Assembly: GCA_040954595.2 (NCBI GenBank)
Contig: CM082589.2
Span: 10,676,894-10,740,893 of the forward strand
Source of the DNA: Balanoglossus misakiensis
Lineage: Eukaryota; Animalia; Hemichordata
DNA length: 64,000 nucleotides
Direction of reading: 5' to 3'
This document shows positions 25,284-38,700 of the stretch, piece by piece; position 1 is the first letter of the stretch, and every line of letters starts with the position of its first letter. The position numbers were made by a program, and so were the translations under genes. The notes under the pieces are model-generated. The model worked only from the letters and a program-made list of their open reading frames with translations. It did no database searches and had not been told where the DNA came from.

Positions 25284-26569
25284 CTGTACGGAAGAAACAA
25301 AGGTGAAATTATAAGACTGTGGTTTCACGATCAGTGGTTGAATGTACATGATGGTGGAAACTATGTCATCAAGGGGAAAACGCCAAACGAAAGGATTAAT
25401 AGATTGGCATGTAGTTGCCACAAATCAGACGTGAGGGTCTCATCAGCGATCAGGTTTGCATTGAAAGTTTCAGAATGAAGAGTCTCTGGTAGTTGATGTT
25501 CAAATGAAATTACCAATTGTAATGTATCGAAGAATTCACACGGGTCACCAAAAACTTTGAAATGGGCGCAATGAGTGCTGTTAACTGGAGAACAGTAGTA
25601 CAAGCGTATTGTTGAAAATGAGACACGGCGGATGTTTGCGCCAATTGGCAAAACTTGTTCGTGTGTTGCGTCAGTTAACAGTTGCGAATGTGTGTACAGC
25701 TTTTTTGGGGGAAAACTGAACGACAGATTTTGTAATGTACGGAGAGCAGTGCATGGGCCGAGCTTTGCAGACGTAATTGTCTGGTTATGAATATTCCAAA
25801 GAGAGCCAATTGGCGTACCGATATTTTGTTGACGTTGAACGAAACGACAGTGGGGTGGTAGGTCAAATGGTGGGGCTTTGAAATGTCCCGCGGTATTTGA
25901 CCAATGGAGTTGGCTTTCACTGTAGATTAAGCACCCGTGAATTTTTCGTACACAGTGTGGCATAATGAACCAAAGCAAGGAAATAAAAAATAAAGTATAA
26001 CTTACTGTGTGAGTGTGGTACTTGCGGTGAACTAGACTGTGTGGATATAGTCTGTGCGGCTTGTTGTTCTGGATGAAAAAGGTGGGAAAGTGTGGTACGA
26101 TGACCGATGTGCGCTGGAAAGTTGAAAGCGACGCGATGTTGTAGTTTCAGGAGTCAGGGAGCGAATGCGGTGAGCTCGCAGAAGTGTATGAGTGGACTTT
26201 CCGAAGACGACGCGTGAAAAATTTAATAATTGACGGACACAATGGATTTGCACCAATAGTAATACACAGAAATTGCCGACAAAGACAGTTTCGCAAAGGA
26301 ACACGTGTGTATTGCTTACAAATATGACGTAACCGCCAGCGTGCAGATGAAAACAGAACGTGTTTACATGTTCAAAGCCAAGGAAGTCGATTGCTCCAGG
26401 GTTCTGAAAAACATTTCCGGTTGTGCATGACCGACAGGATGTTTGTTCGTAATCTGTCAATGTGATGAGATGTGTACCACATGTTAGCAATAAAATGGTG
26501 CCGTTTTGGTGTATAGGGGGAGATACCGATTATGTAAATAAACTGGTAATGTGACAGGGCAGTTGTCAT

Positions 26570-26900
26570 TGCAATGATGGACACAGTAATGTTGTTGTCA
26601 GGTTGTTTTCATTAAGTGTGACAGCAGCATGTATAGTTTTGACCAAATGTTTTTCAAGGTGCCACTTTTGATATGTGGTATATTGGCAAGTATAAGAACT
26701 AATGCAAAATGGTAGTCTGTTGTTTCTTCATTAAGTTGTTGACATTTCAAAGTACCCATTGCTGTGGGTGGGCAAAGATATGTCACCATTGAAGTCCCCG
26801 ATAATGAACACTGGTTTATTGACATAGATGAAATCTAGCAGTGGTGTACTGTCCTTTGTGAATGTTGTACGTTGGCATGTTGGTACTGACACTTGGTAAT
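26570..26900 (-). pseudogene. Degenerate duplicate of the AP-endonuclease C-terminus
   Basis: Frameshifted pieces PLLDF..KPVFIIGDFNGDISLP and CQQLNEETTDYHFALVLIL parallel PLLDLTKPILIMGDFNFDILLP and CRQLIKEETTDQHSALDLIF in the main ORF. Confidence 0.7.
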
Positions 26901-27047
26901 AATGGTTTGTGGTGTAGCAATAATTGCACATATTGACTCATACATGTATGTAATATGGGAAATAAGTGTATTTGAAATCTGCTGTTGTCATTTAATTCTT
27001 ATGTGTTGTCTTTTATGATTATGTCTATAATCTAACACTGATTAATT

Positions 27048-30000
27048 TCAAGTGAATTGGCTGGGGTGAATGGCTGCATACACGGCCTTGTGATCAGACC
27101 ATGAGTTTTCTATTGTGTCATAGGTAGTTGTGAAGAAGTTAAGAAAAATTAAGTCCAGAGCAGAATGCTGATCAGTTGTTTCTTCCTTTATTAGTTGCCG
27201 ACAGTTACAAATTGATGTCATAAAGTGGAGGAAAGCAGTACTGGTATTAGGTAGTAGAATGTCAAAATTAAAGTCACCCATTATTAATATTGGTTTTGTC
27301 AAATCTAGTAGTGGCAGGAGATACTGTTGAAATTGTTGTTTGAATGTGTGGATTGTGCACTGAGGGGATTTATAGATCATAATGATTTGAAGTAGTTTAT
27401 TTTGAATTAGGATGTTGGCTTTTATAAATTCGAACACTTTTGTTGAATGGCACTTGATATGAATCACTTGATATGAATCTTTGACATACAATACAAGACC
27501 ATGATAGGGTCTTGTGAAATTTACAGCAGTGTTGTCAATATGCACATCTTGGTCATTCCTGAATAGTAGATAATTTGGGAGATTGTAGGCTTCATTGGTA
27601 TCATTAGTTGTTAATCTGGATTCAGCAATTCCGATAACATCAGCAGCAATTATATTGTGGTCACTGCATAAATCTGCAAAATGTTTATGGAGTGATCTAG
27701 CGTTTTGATATACTACTTTGCAGTGGTCATGAGGGAGGGCATATAATGGTTTGAAGCATAATTGAAGTTGGCTGTCATCACGGAGTCTTTTCATTTCATT
27801 GTGAACTGCTTCAGATATTGCGATTTTATTTTTATTCAACTCCAGTATCTGAAGTCCACTTATTGTACGCACTCTACTTATTGCGACATAATGTATATGG
27901 TCAATTTTTCTTGTACCCATATGGATTATTACCTTATCAAGTGTATCACCCTGAGATTTGTGAATAGTTTTTGCAGCAGACGGTCTAAGTGGAAATTGAA
28001 TTCTCATGACAGATACATGTTTGTAATATTTACTGGTAGGAAACTGGCGTTTAATGTCAAATATTGGAGTCAATTGTTTACCAATTTCTGGTTGATGCAA
28101 ATGTTTGTATTTATGTCTTCTTAATAGACCAACATTTTTATCATCAAATTGAACCCAAATTATACTGGGGCGGTTGTTTGATGTTCCTGTCATTCTGTGG
28201 TCTATTTGTTGCACTACACAACTGGCACCATTTGTCATACCATCCTCAACATCAACATTGGCAGTGAGATCATATCGCAGTCCAACAGCTATAGGTGCTT
28301 GTGATAATAAACCGCATGTTTTGGATGGATCTTTTGGAATGGTCTTCAAAAGCTGTGCTTTCACTTGTTGTGAGACATCACCAATAACTGTGTCCAGTGC
28401 TGGTACAACAAGTTTATGGGATGTAGCATTTTGGTAAACTTTATCATTATGTGACTCTACCATTGCATTGGTGGTGTATAAATGAGGAATGGACTCGTTG
28501 AGTGGTTGATCATGAGATATTACATAGTTTTGCAATTCAGAAATATCTTCATCTGTGTGCCTCCCTTCTCTCAATCTATTCAATAGTTGAGCAAAGTCTT
28601 CATCATCTTTCTGTCTCATGATCTGTGTTAGTTCATGCATGGTGAAATGTTCTTTCCACAGATTAGTTGCTAATGGGCCATACTCTTTTGTTAGGTCTTT
28701 GAATATCCAGCCATCCATTACTGGTTTGAGTTGAAATAAATCACCAACAGTTATCATTGAAACACCACCAAATACTTGATTGTTACCTTTTATTTGTTGA
28801 AGTCGGAGATTTATGAAATTTAAAAGCTCATGGCCTACCATGCTGATTTCATCAATGATTACAACTGATAAATGTTGATATTTACTTCGCAAAGTATTAA
28901 GTTTATCGCTATCCAGTGGTTTGTATTTATAACCTTGACTTGCAGGTACTTTGAAAGCTGCATGAATAGTACTACCATTGATATGATAGGCTGCTTTACC
29001 AGTTGGCGCACATAACAATAAACGACAGTCGAGTGGTGATTCACCAGCAATTGAACACAGATAGCGATGTAATGCCTGATATATTGCTCGGATTACAACT
29101 GACTTTCCTGTACCAGCACCCCCTGTGATAAATATATGCATTGGATCATGATTTGTCTTGACTGATTTCAAAACATGATGAAATATTTCCCTTTGTTTTA
29201 CATTGAGAGATCTCACAAGTTTGTGATATTGTTCATCAGGGATACGTCCTGGGACGTTGCTGGTGTCATCAGTGGTGACAGTCGTATTCATACCAATGTC
29301 AACACCTATATCATAAGTGGTATGTTCTGGTTGGTCATCAGGTTGAAAGTATATGAAATGATCATTTGGTGTAGTAGTTCCTTCTTCTAGATCATCTCTC
29401 TCAGCATGTTGCGTATTTGGAGCAATCTGATCAAATGCATTTAAATCATCATTATCAAGTTTCTCTGCAGCTGTAGTGGCTTGATCTATCAACTCTGAAT
29501 TATGTTCATACTTATCTATGGTTTGTGCAATAATGTGTTTGTTATGATTATAAGATTCTTGAAAGGTGGCACAACTGTTTAGAAGGTCAGAGCTTTCATT
29601 TCTCCATGGCATGTACAGCAACAATTTTTCACGACAGTAATTTTCATAGTCAACTTTCTTACTATAATTGACATAGCGTATTATACACGGATTTACACGT
29701 TCTTGTATTTTCATACCATTTTTGAGAATGATATTTATTTTACTTGTCATATTGTCAGATTCTGAGTCCACACCTAAATCAGGGTCATCATGATCATCAT
29801 CATTTATATCTTGTGGATAATTATCAGTGCATTTGGTTGAATATGTGACTCTAAGTTTAGATGCATAATCTGCAAGACACCAATTTTCTAATGCTTTTGG
29901 CCGTCTAGCATAACGTTTGATTAGATTGTCACTTTCTATGTCAGTAGATTCTGCTGGTGTATTTTCAAGGGCAGTTTTGCTTTTGAGCAGGAATGTTCTT

Positions 30001-33000
30001 TGATCAGGTGGTGATGTGTTTATAAATACCACTTGTCTTGTAGCTTTAGTAAGTGACAACTGCAGGATGATGTAAGCAGCCTCTTGTGCACTGATTTCTA
30101 CATTGTTAAGGAATTTATTTCCAATATGTCTGACCTGTGCTTTCAGTTCCATATTGCCTTTTCTGGCTTCTTTGCATGCTTGGTCAAGTAATGCACTCAT
30201 GCCTCTTTGGGATTTACTGATATAGGATACAATGTACATGGCACAGGCGTATGGATCTAAAACAAACTGTAGATCATGATTTGCTCCCCATGCAGACAAT
30301 AATAATTTCATGTAGGCATTGACACGTAAATCACTTGGTTCTCTTTTGAGAAATATTGTGGTAGTTTTGAGTGAACTCTGAATGCATTTTATGTATTCAT
30401 CATGACTGATTTGCAGCTCAGTAGATAGGAAGTCATCATATGATATTGGTTTGCCTTCTTTCATATCATCCAGTTTTTGTTTGATTTCTTCATATTTCTG
30501 TTTGTAATGTTGTTCTTCATCTGGATCAGCATTTAATGGTGAGAGAATCATTGTTTCTGACATAGGAGGCATTGGGTATCCAAAACGACATACAGGTTTG
30601 CCTTTTACTCGGCATGTCTTAGAGTGCTTATGTGTCTGCAGATTCAATACTTCAGCCATTTCACTTGGTACATTGGAAGAACAAGATACATATATGTCAA
30701 TGAAATCAATCACTTCTGTTGGTGTGTTTTGTTGATAATTTGGTGCATTCTCAATCCACATTAGCATATGGATGTGTGGTGAGCCACGTTGTTGAAATTC
30801 CACTCTGTAGAAGTAATCAGTGATTTTGCCCAATGGATCACATGGACCTCTAAGTACTGTATTGATGAATTCATGAATTCTGTGGTCAAAGAAACGAGCA
30901 CATGTCACTGGGTCAGATTGAAGTAACCTGGACTTTGTAGCCCAATCCATGGCTTTAAGTTCATCAGCAGTATATTTCTTACCATCTACAAGTGTACCCA
31001 GTATTTGATGTAAGTCAATCCACTTTGTGTCAGCACTAGACAGAGAACAAAACCATGTTGGTAAACCAAGTTGTCTAATCATTGCAAATACATCTTTCTT
31101 CCTCTTTTCTAGATAGGGTGGTGAATTGCGCAAATCTCTGAATATGTAAAATCCGTCATCAAGTCTAAGTAAATCACTTACTCTTTCTGGATTTAATAAA
31201 TCTGCAACTTTGTAAGTTCTGCCTTCAGTTTTACATCGTCTCAATGCAAGGTGGACTTTACTACTGATCTGTTTTAACTGCAGTTTCTTCACTTTGAAAA
31301 ACATATTTGGTACAGAGTTTGCAACGCGTCTATCAACATTACGCAATTCCCATTTACAAACATCACTGTAATGTACATTTGAGGTGTGGATTTGATCAAT
31401 ATTTCTGCGTTGTCCACAGAATATAGTTGGAAAGGCTAGATATTCTGCATCTGTATCATTGAACAGACTAAGAGGGCGTTGACCTTCACCAGGGGCAAAT
31501 GTTAAAATTTGATTACGATAATCTGAATCATCAAGTAAAGTGTCCATATTAGCAACAGCTCCCTCTGCTGGATCAACCTCACTGAATTTATCAGAATCAG
31601 AATCTGATTCAGATTCAGGATCATCAGCTTGCTCTTGTTCAGTGTTTGTATTTTCAATAAATACAGCCATATCATTATCTGTGTTTTCAAATTCCTGAGA
31701 CCAGTTGTGATTAATTGGAATACCTGAATTTTGGTACAAAACACTGTTTTTCATGAGCCACACAAGTGCTGCCATCACTTTATTTGGTCGAATATTTTCT
31801 GTAAATTCACTTCGCGTGTACGATAGTTTTCGTTTCAGTTTGACTGGTATAGTAGCTGAATCATCTAGCATTCTTGGCAGAGCATTAACAGTAGGGGTGA
31901 TATCTGTTGGAATATTGACTACCGGACCAGATAATGACCTTTGACCTCCACGTGGCAAACTGCACATATGCATGAATGGAATTCTGAGTGCTATCAATCT
32001 TTCTTCCAAAGGGTGCAACTGTAACTGTGGTGGAATATCAGGGAAATTAACATTATTAGCTATAGACAATCTGGGGATTTTACCAGCAGATATGGATCTG
32101 TAGCATGTGTTACACACCCACTCTATATTGTCAACAGAAGTGTATGCAGTCAAACATTTTGATGCAATGCCTCGTTCAGATAATTTGGCAGCAGGAGTAA
32201 CAGATTTTCTGAACCAAGTTTGATGACATGATGAGCAGACATAGACAGGGCCTTGTGATACAGTTCTATGAAATATATTTATGCATGCCTGCAACGATTC
32301 CCCGCATAATTGTCGGGTCTCAAAACCTCTATGTTTGCTAAAACCATTGTGTGTAACATGTTGTTTTTTGTCAATTTGAAATGTTTGAATTTTTTCACTG
32401 CATTTCACAAACTTCTTTTGTAAGTTTTCTTTTTTTCTGAAGTTTCTATCCTGTCTCTTCATTTTTCTGTAGATCTGTTGCTTTTTGTTTTCGTGCTCTT
32501 TGAAGGTTTTACTTTTGCGTGAAGTCTTGATACGTGCCTGTGACTGTATTTTCTCATTTTGTCGAAATGTGGAATTTTGACGCAGACTTTTAATGTGTTC
32601 TTTCAGTTTTGGCTTTTCTTTTTCTCGGAATGCAGGATTTTGACGCAAAGTTTTAATGTGTGCTTTAAATTTCACCTTTTCTTTCTCTCGGAATGCAGGA
32701 TTTTGACGCAGAGTTTGCTTGTGTGAGTTTAATTTCACCTTTTCTTTCTCTCGGAATGCAGGATTTTGACGCAGAGTTTGCTTGTGTGAGTTTAATTTCA
32801 CCTTTTCTTTCTCTCGGAATGCAGGATTTTGACGCAGAGTGTTAATGCGTGATTTCAATTTGACCTTCTCTTTCTCTCGGAATACAGGATTTTGACGCAG
32901 AGTTTGCTTGTGTGAGTTTAATTTCACCTTCTCTTTCTCTCGGAATGCAGGATTTTGACGCAGAGTGTTAATGCGTGATTTTAATTTGACCTTCTCTTTC

Positions 33001-35770
33001 TCTCGGAATACAGGATTTTGACGCAGAGTTTGCTTGTGTGAGTTTAATTTCACCTTTTCTGTCTCTCGGAATACAGGATTTTGACGCAGAGTGTAAATGC
33101 GTGATTTCAATTTGACCTTCTCTTTCTCTCGGAATACAGGATTTTGACGCAGAGTTTGCTTGTGTGAGTTTAATTTCACCTTCTCTTTCTCTTGGAATGA
33201 AGGATTTTGACGCAGGATTTGTATGTGTGATTGCAATTTTTCCTTTTCTCTCTTTCTATATTGTGGGTTTGCACGTATTGTTCTTTTTTGATATTGTTGA
33301 GATAACTTTTCTCTGTCTCTGTATTCTACATTCTGGCGCAATGTCTTTATATGTGCTTGCACTTTTGACTTTTCTCTCTCTTTGAAGTCAGGATTTTGTC
33401 TTTGTGCACATTTCCTCTCCTTGTCTCTCTTTCTTTCATTGGTTTTAAATGAAGGATCCTGTCTTTTCAACCGTTTGTATTCTCTGTCATATACCTTTCT
33501 TGATTTTCTTCTACATGAACCTGATGGAAGTGCATCAATGGTATTAGAAGTTTGCATACACTGTTTATTAGCTTGTAATTGTTTTTGTGACTCGAAATAG
33601 TTGTCTAACAGGTCTGAATGCCTTTGAGTCCGTTGATACAGTCTCTGAGAAGATGAACTCTCTATATGAATGGTTAATTCTTGAAGTTCATAAGGTGTCA
33701 TGTTATTGAAGTTAAGGTTATGAAATAATGAATACAAATAGTTTGTTAAATCATTTAGAGTCGGAAAACTCAATACCATACTTGAACCGTCAGAACATTG
33801 GAAACCATGTGAGTTTCGACTATGAGAATCAAATACGAAGTATTTGCCATCTGTTGCAGAAAGGGCCATGCTGTAGCCACCAAGTATTAACATAACTGAG
33901 TTACTAGAATTGAACATGTTAATCATAGCATCTCTGAACACCATACATCCTTGTTCATCATAGTCAGACATACAGTCTAACATACCAAAGTACAGTCTTC
34001 CTTGTGTAATATTGAACTGCACAGAATTCATGTGAACAGTATTTGGCAATTCATCACACATTAGTATTTCAGAAAATAATTTATTACTTGCTCTGAGGTC
34101 ATTTGTGGTTTTAATGTATAAATTATCACCAGCATGTAAAATGTGATCTAAGTCATTAGATGTCAATGTCATCTCTCTTTCTTTTGATATGCAAAGGAAA
34201 GCAAGGGCATTACAAGTACATTGTCTACCTCGTGAATTTATGCTGAAAATATCATTGCCTTGATGAAAACTACCTTGGAGTACACTGTCTATTGTGTAAC
34301 TTTCCCAGTGTAAAGTGTGACTATTGTGAGAGGAGTATAATTCTTGTTTGTCATGTGCATCATTTGCACTGTAGTATACACAAGAGGAATTTTGATTTGA
34401 CACACTGGTCGAAGAATTCTTATTGAAGGTTGTAACTGATTGAGTGGCATTAAAACTTTTGATAATGGTACTTGAAGATGTAGACATATTATTGCTGTAT
34501 GGTTCTATGCTTGACGATATTGATGTATTGTTATTGGCATTGCCGTACGAATCTGACTTCTTGAATGTTCCTTGTAGCACAGGGTGTTTTACTTTACTGG
34601 ATCCACCCAAACCAGAATCAGACCCAGCTGATATGATTGGTCCATCAGCCTGTTTAAAAATAAACAAGATAAGCGACAATTAGAAAATACAGTTACCTTT
34701 AATTTCCATCACATGTCCTTATTTGACCCCTGATGAGTACTATGACAATGAGAGCCAATGACAGGTCAATTTTGCGTCATATTCAAATTGGTTTTGTGTA
34801 TATCATGTACATATAAGTACTATCACTAGTATTTACATTGCAAATGTGTTCAATTAAGCTTTTGTATAAATTTGTTGTAATTTCAATACATTTTGCAAAA
34901 TTTAGCTACTTGCATAATATTTGTATATCACATGTGGACAAAGACATTGCACAAATTAGTAACATGGCTATTGTCACGCCACCTCATCAAAAACTACTAG
35001 CGGCACAGGGTTGGCCTGCCATAACATTGTCTTACACTCATGTTTCACAATCATTCGAAAGCTCATTGCAACATTGAAATTATATCACCTACAAACCTCA
35101 CCTTTCTACAAAGTTCCATATCAAATAAAACTTTCCCACATAAATCTTTTCCAGTTGAACCTTTTGAAACCACACACTTCACCTGACAAATTTAGTCTGG
35201 AAAGTTGAACGTACCCTCTATCTACTCTGAAACTACCAAGTTTAAAACAAACTTCAAAACTGGAAAAGGTTTGTGCCTATGACTTTTCCCATATAATTAC
35301 ATTGAGAATACCTAGAAAACTCACTTCTACTATTTCTATGAAATATTACACATAGCTCAATCAAATAGAAATAAATGCATCCATCAAATATCGTTTGGTC
35401 ACTGTATTTTTTTTAGATAAACTTTACAAGTGTTTCGCCCATAGATACACCCTCACTGAATATGCTGACTCAGCAATTTTCCTCAATTATCAACAAAATT
35501 CATGGCCTTGTATTTCAAAAGCAAACGCAGTGACATGAGAAGCCAATAATCCAAAATTGGAGACATAACGTTACTTTCGATTTTACTGATCATTACGGAC
35601 TAGCTGCTAAAAGCCTACCCTGCGACCAAACAGTGACGTTGACCAACTTTCCCCTGCTCAAATGAAGAACTCCTTTTCCTGTTTACAAGTATGTACAATT
35701 TTATAGTATGCAAATACACACATACCGATTTTTTCACAGCTGATTTTCTCCAATTCTTTTTCCTTGGCAT
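27048..35770 (-). CDS. Helentron transposase: cysteine protease/DUB + 21-aa repeats + Zn finger + HUH Rep + PIF1-like helicase + AP endonuclease; exons 35770-35726 and 34649-27048 (about 2548 aa)
   Basis: Rep motifs EFQQRGSPHIHML and YIVSYISK; helicase motifs GGAGTGKS, DEISMV, GDLFQL, KTIHKSQG; EEP motifs QNARSL, ESRL, GDFNFD, SDH. The track ORF starts in a polypyrimidine tract (acceptor aacag at 34650). The upstream exon MPRKKNWRKSAVKKS ends at donor gtatgt in phase 0. Confidence 0.93.
32580..33215 (-). repeat. Coding minisatellite, 63 bp / 21 aa (LRQNPAFREKEKVKLNSHKQT), about 10 well-conserved copies
   Basis: ggattttgacgcag recurs every 63 bp; degenerate copies extend on both sides. Confidence 0.92.
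35280..35540. repeat. Dispersed repeat inside the Helentron intron, homologous to about 47265-47530
   Basis: Shared collinear blocks attacattga..ctagaaaac..cttctactatt..tacacatagctca..atggccttgtatttcaaaagcaa. Confidence 0.75.
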
Positions 35771-38700
35771 AATTCTGACCTTAGTAGCAAAAGACAAGAA
35801 TGTGATAATATCAATAACAGCATTTTAACATCATTGGTTAGACAACTTGAAACTGCCTAGATAATATGCAAGTAAAAGCCTGGCAAAAATGTAACATGTA
35901 CAATTGCTTAATTTTAACATACTCACACAACATATATTTCCATCATTTTTATAGGAGTAATTGAAACTACAACATCAATATGACCATCACATGTTCTAGG
36001 ACTTCCAAAATAGAGAAACACTATGAAAAACTTCAGCTGAAAAATAGAATATGTAATATAATTACCTGCAATTTGATAAAAAGTGATTCTTCAAGAGCTG
36101 GTTAAGTCTCTAACTGTTCCAAAACAATGACAGGAAGTGGCTGCTCATTAGGCTGTTCCTGGCACTGCCACTACTCCCTCACATTGCTGGCAACAGTAGC
36201 TTGATACTTTGGGGTTCAAAGTCAGCAGATAACAGCCAAGAATTTGGAATCCGCAATTACAGCATAGGGTATACTGGCACCGCCTTACGTTGAGAGGTTT
36301 GTCAACAATAATATAGTGCAATAGTGCAAACAATATGTTTAGATAGCAACAGATCTAAAGTTATTACAATAATGCCAACACATGTTTTGAGCTACTCCTG
36401 TGTGTTCTTTCAACTACAGAAAATCAAGCAGTCTTTCCAATGCTGCTACACCTACATAAGTATGGTGTGTGCTACACTGCCCCAAGGTTATTTCGATACA
36501 CAAATATAACTGTGACATAATCAGCTCATGTACACTCTAGGAGAGATTGCACTTAGGACTGGGTGTATCAGGGAATAGATTACACAAAAACGATGAAACA
36601 GAAAGGCAAACAGCTAAAATGGACAAACCAAAGTGTCCTCATGTAAAGAGTACCTTTCAAAGCACTGGATTTGTTCATAGAGGCAAAACCAGAAATATGC
36701 AAATATCCACAGCACAGTACAATGTCTTACTTCAGTCACCATAAGAAATATGCCTACAACATGCACAGCAATCTGCCAAGTGGATTCATAGAAACCAATT
36801 TTTGGCAAAAAATTGCAAAAAATGCACCAAGAACACAATTATGGGAATGTCACCATACTTTCACGACACCTTAACTTGAAATGAATTTTGACCAAATATC
36901 CCCAAAATTACAAATATGCAAATTATGCAACAAATTGCCCCAAAATGACCTCAATTGCCTTTCAGTATACCAAGCTTCATTCTAAATTTTAAAGCCATTG
37001 ACCCATAACTTTCAGAAAAATTTGTTTTCACCTAAAATATTGACAAAGACGAAAAAATTCATAAAAAATAAAACATCCATGATATCAACTGAACACTTAC
37101 ATGTCGGTCACAGGCTTTTCAATTTCAGTCCCAACCCTCCAAACGCGAAGTCTGTACCTGCTCTGGATGCCAAGATATGATAAAGTAGGTCAAAGGTCAC
37201 CTGAGGTCATGCAAAATTTGGGCAAGAAATGTTGACCTAATACTGGTCCATGTTCAATAAAAACCAAACCTATAGCCTTATTGGTTAGCCTGGAATTAGG
37301 TATGCACATAATTAATGAGATATGCAGGTGTCACAGGTGACCCCCAATTGCGGCTTTTCAATTTTAGTGCCAACCCTCCAAACGCCAAGTCTGTACCTGC
37401 TCTGGATGTCAAGATATGGTAATGTAGGTCAAAGGTCACCTGAGGTCATGCAAAATTTGGGCAAGAAATTTTGACCCTATACTGGTCCATGTTCAACAAA
37501 AACCGAACCTATAGCCTTATTGGTTAGCCTGGAATTAGGTATGCACATAATTAATGAGATATGCAGGTGTCACAGGTGACCCCCAATTGCGGCTTTTCAA
37601 TTTTAGTCCCAACCCTCCAAACGCCAAGTCTGTGCCTGCTCTGGATGTCAAGATTTGGTAATGTAGGTCAAAGGTCACCTGAGGTCATGCAAAATTTGGG
37701 CAAGAAATTTTGACCCTATACTGGTCCATGTTCAACAAAAACCGAACCTATAGCCTTATTGGTTAGCCTGGAATTAGGTATGCACATAATTAATGAGATA
37801 TGCAGGTGTCACAGGTGACCCCCAATTTCGGCTTTTCAATTTCAGTCCCAACCCTCCAAACGCCAACTCTGTACCTGCTCTGGATGCCGAGATATAGGAA
37901 AGTAGGTCAAAGGTCACCTGAGGTCACCCAAAATTTGGGCAAGAAATTTTGACCCTATACTGGTCCATGTCCCACCAGAACAAAACCTCTAGCCCTATTA
38001 GTTAGCCCGGAATTAGGTATGCACATAATTAATGTGTTAAGCAGGTGTTACAGGTGAGCCCAAAAATTTCCCTTTTATTTTGGCCCCATTGTGCTCACTG
38101 ACCAATAGACAATCACTGTACAGGACTATTGCACAGACCAGAATCCCACAATAAGACGTGGACATAGCTTAACCATAGAGGTATAAGTAAAGGTATAAAT
38201 TTAATAAAAAGACTAAAAAATCTTTAAAAATAAAACATCCATGATATCAACTTAACACTAAAAGGTCGGTGTGAGGTTGACATATGGTACATGCATACCA
38301 ATTTTCAAAGCAATCTGACCAGTAATTGTTGACTTACAGAGTTTTGATCAATTCCACATTTTACCAGCTAATTTGCATATTTTTGGGCCTGGCAACTTCG
38401 TTTGGACAAACTCCAATCTACAGCCCAGCCTGCACCTACACACCAAATATTGAGGTGATACGCGCAGCGGTTTTCAAGTTTTTGATGTGGACGGACATAC
38501 AGACATACATCCATACATCCATACATCCATACATCCATCCATACATACATACAGACGCAACCCATCCCATAAGGTCCCATGGTATATAGGCCTATACCAA
38601 TGGGACCTAAAAAATGACAAATTTTTGACTGCAAAATCTCAAAATTTCGTCCATTTTTGAAAAAAAATCATGGGTAAAAATCATCAAAAAATGACAAATT

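Larger units (their letters stand above)
22096..38608 (-). mobile_element. Autonomous Helentron (endonuclease-bearing Helitron2), about 16.5 kb
   Basis: Left end tagcgtcaaggacactgtggtcccattt and right end aggtcccatggtatataggcctataccaatgggacct match the HINEs. Intact Rep-helicase-endonuclease ORF. Satellite continues in phase on both sides. Confidence 0.95.

Noticed and set aside
25361-26490. 205-aa and 152-aa minus-strand ORFs
   Set aside because: They have non-ATG starts and no motifs, and lie in the probable promoter, 5' UTR and intron of the RPA-like gene.
34650-34679. Start of the 2543-aa ORF as given in the track
   Set aside because: The first ten codons are an intron polypyrimidine tract; the spliced ATG at 35770 fits better.
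34720-34790. ctgatgag as a possible hammerhead ribozyme core
   Set aside because: There is no downstream GAAA core or consistent stems.
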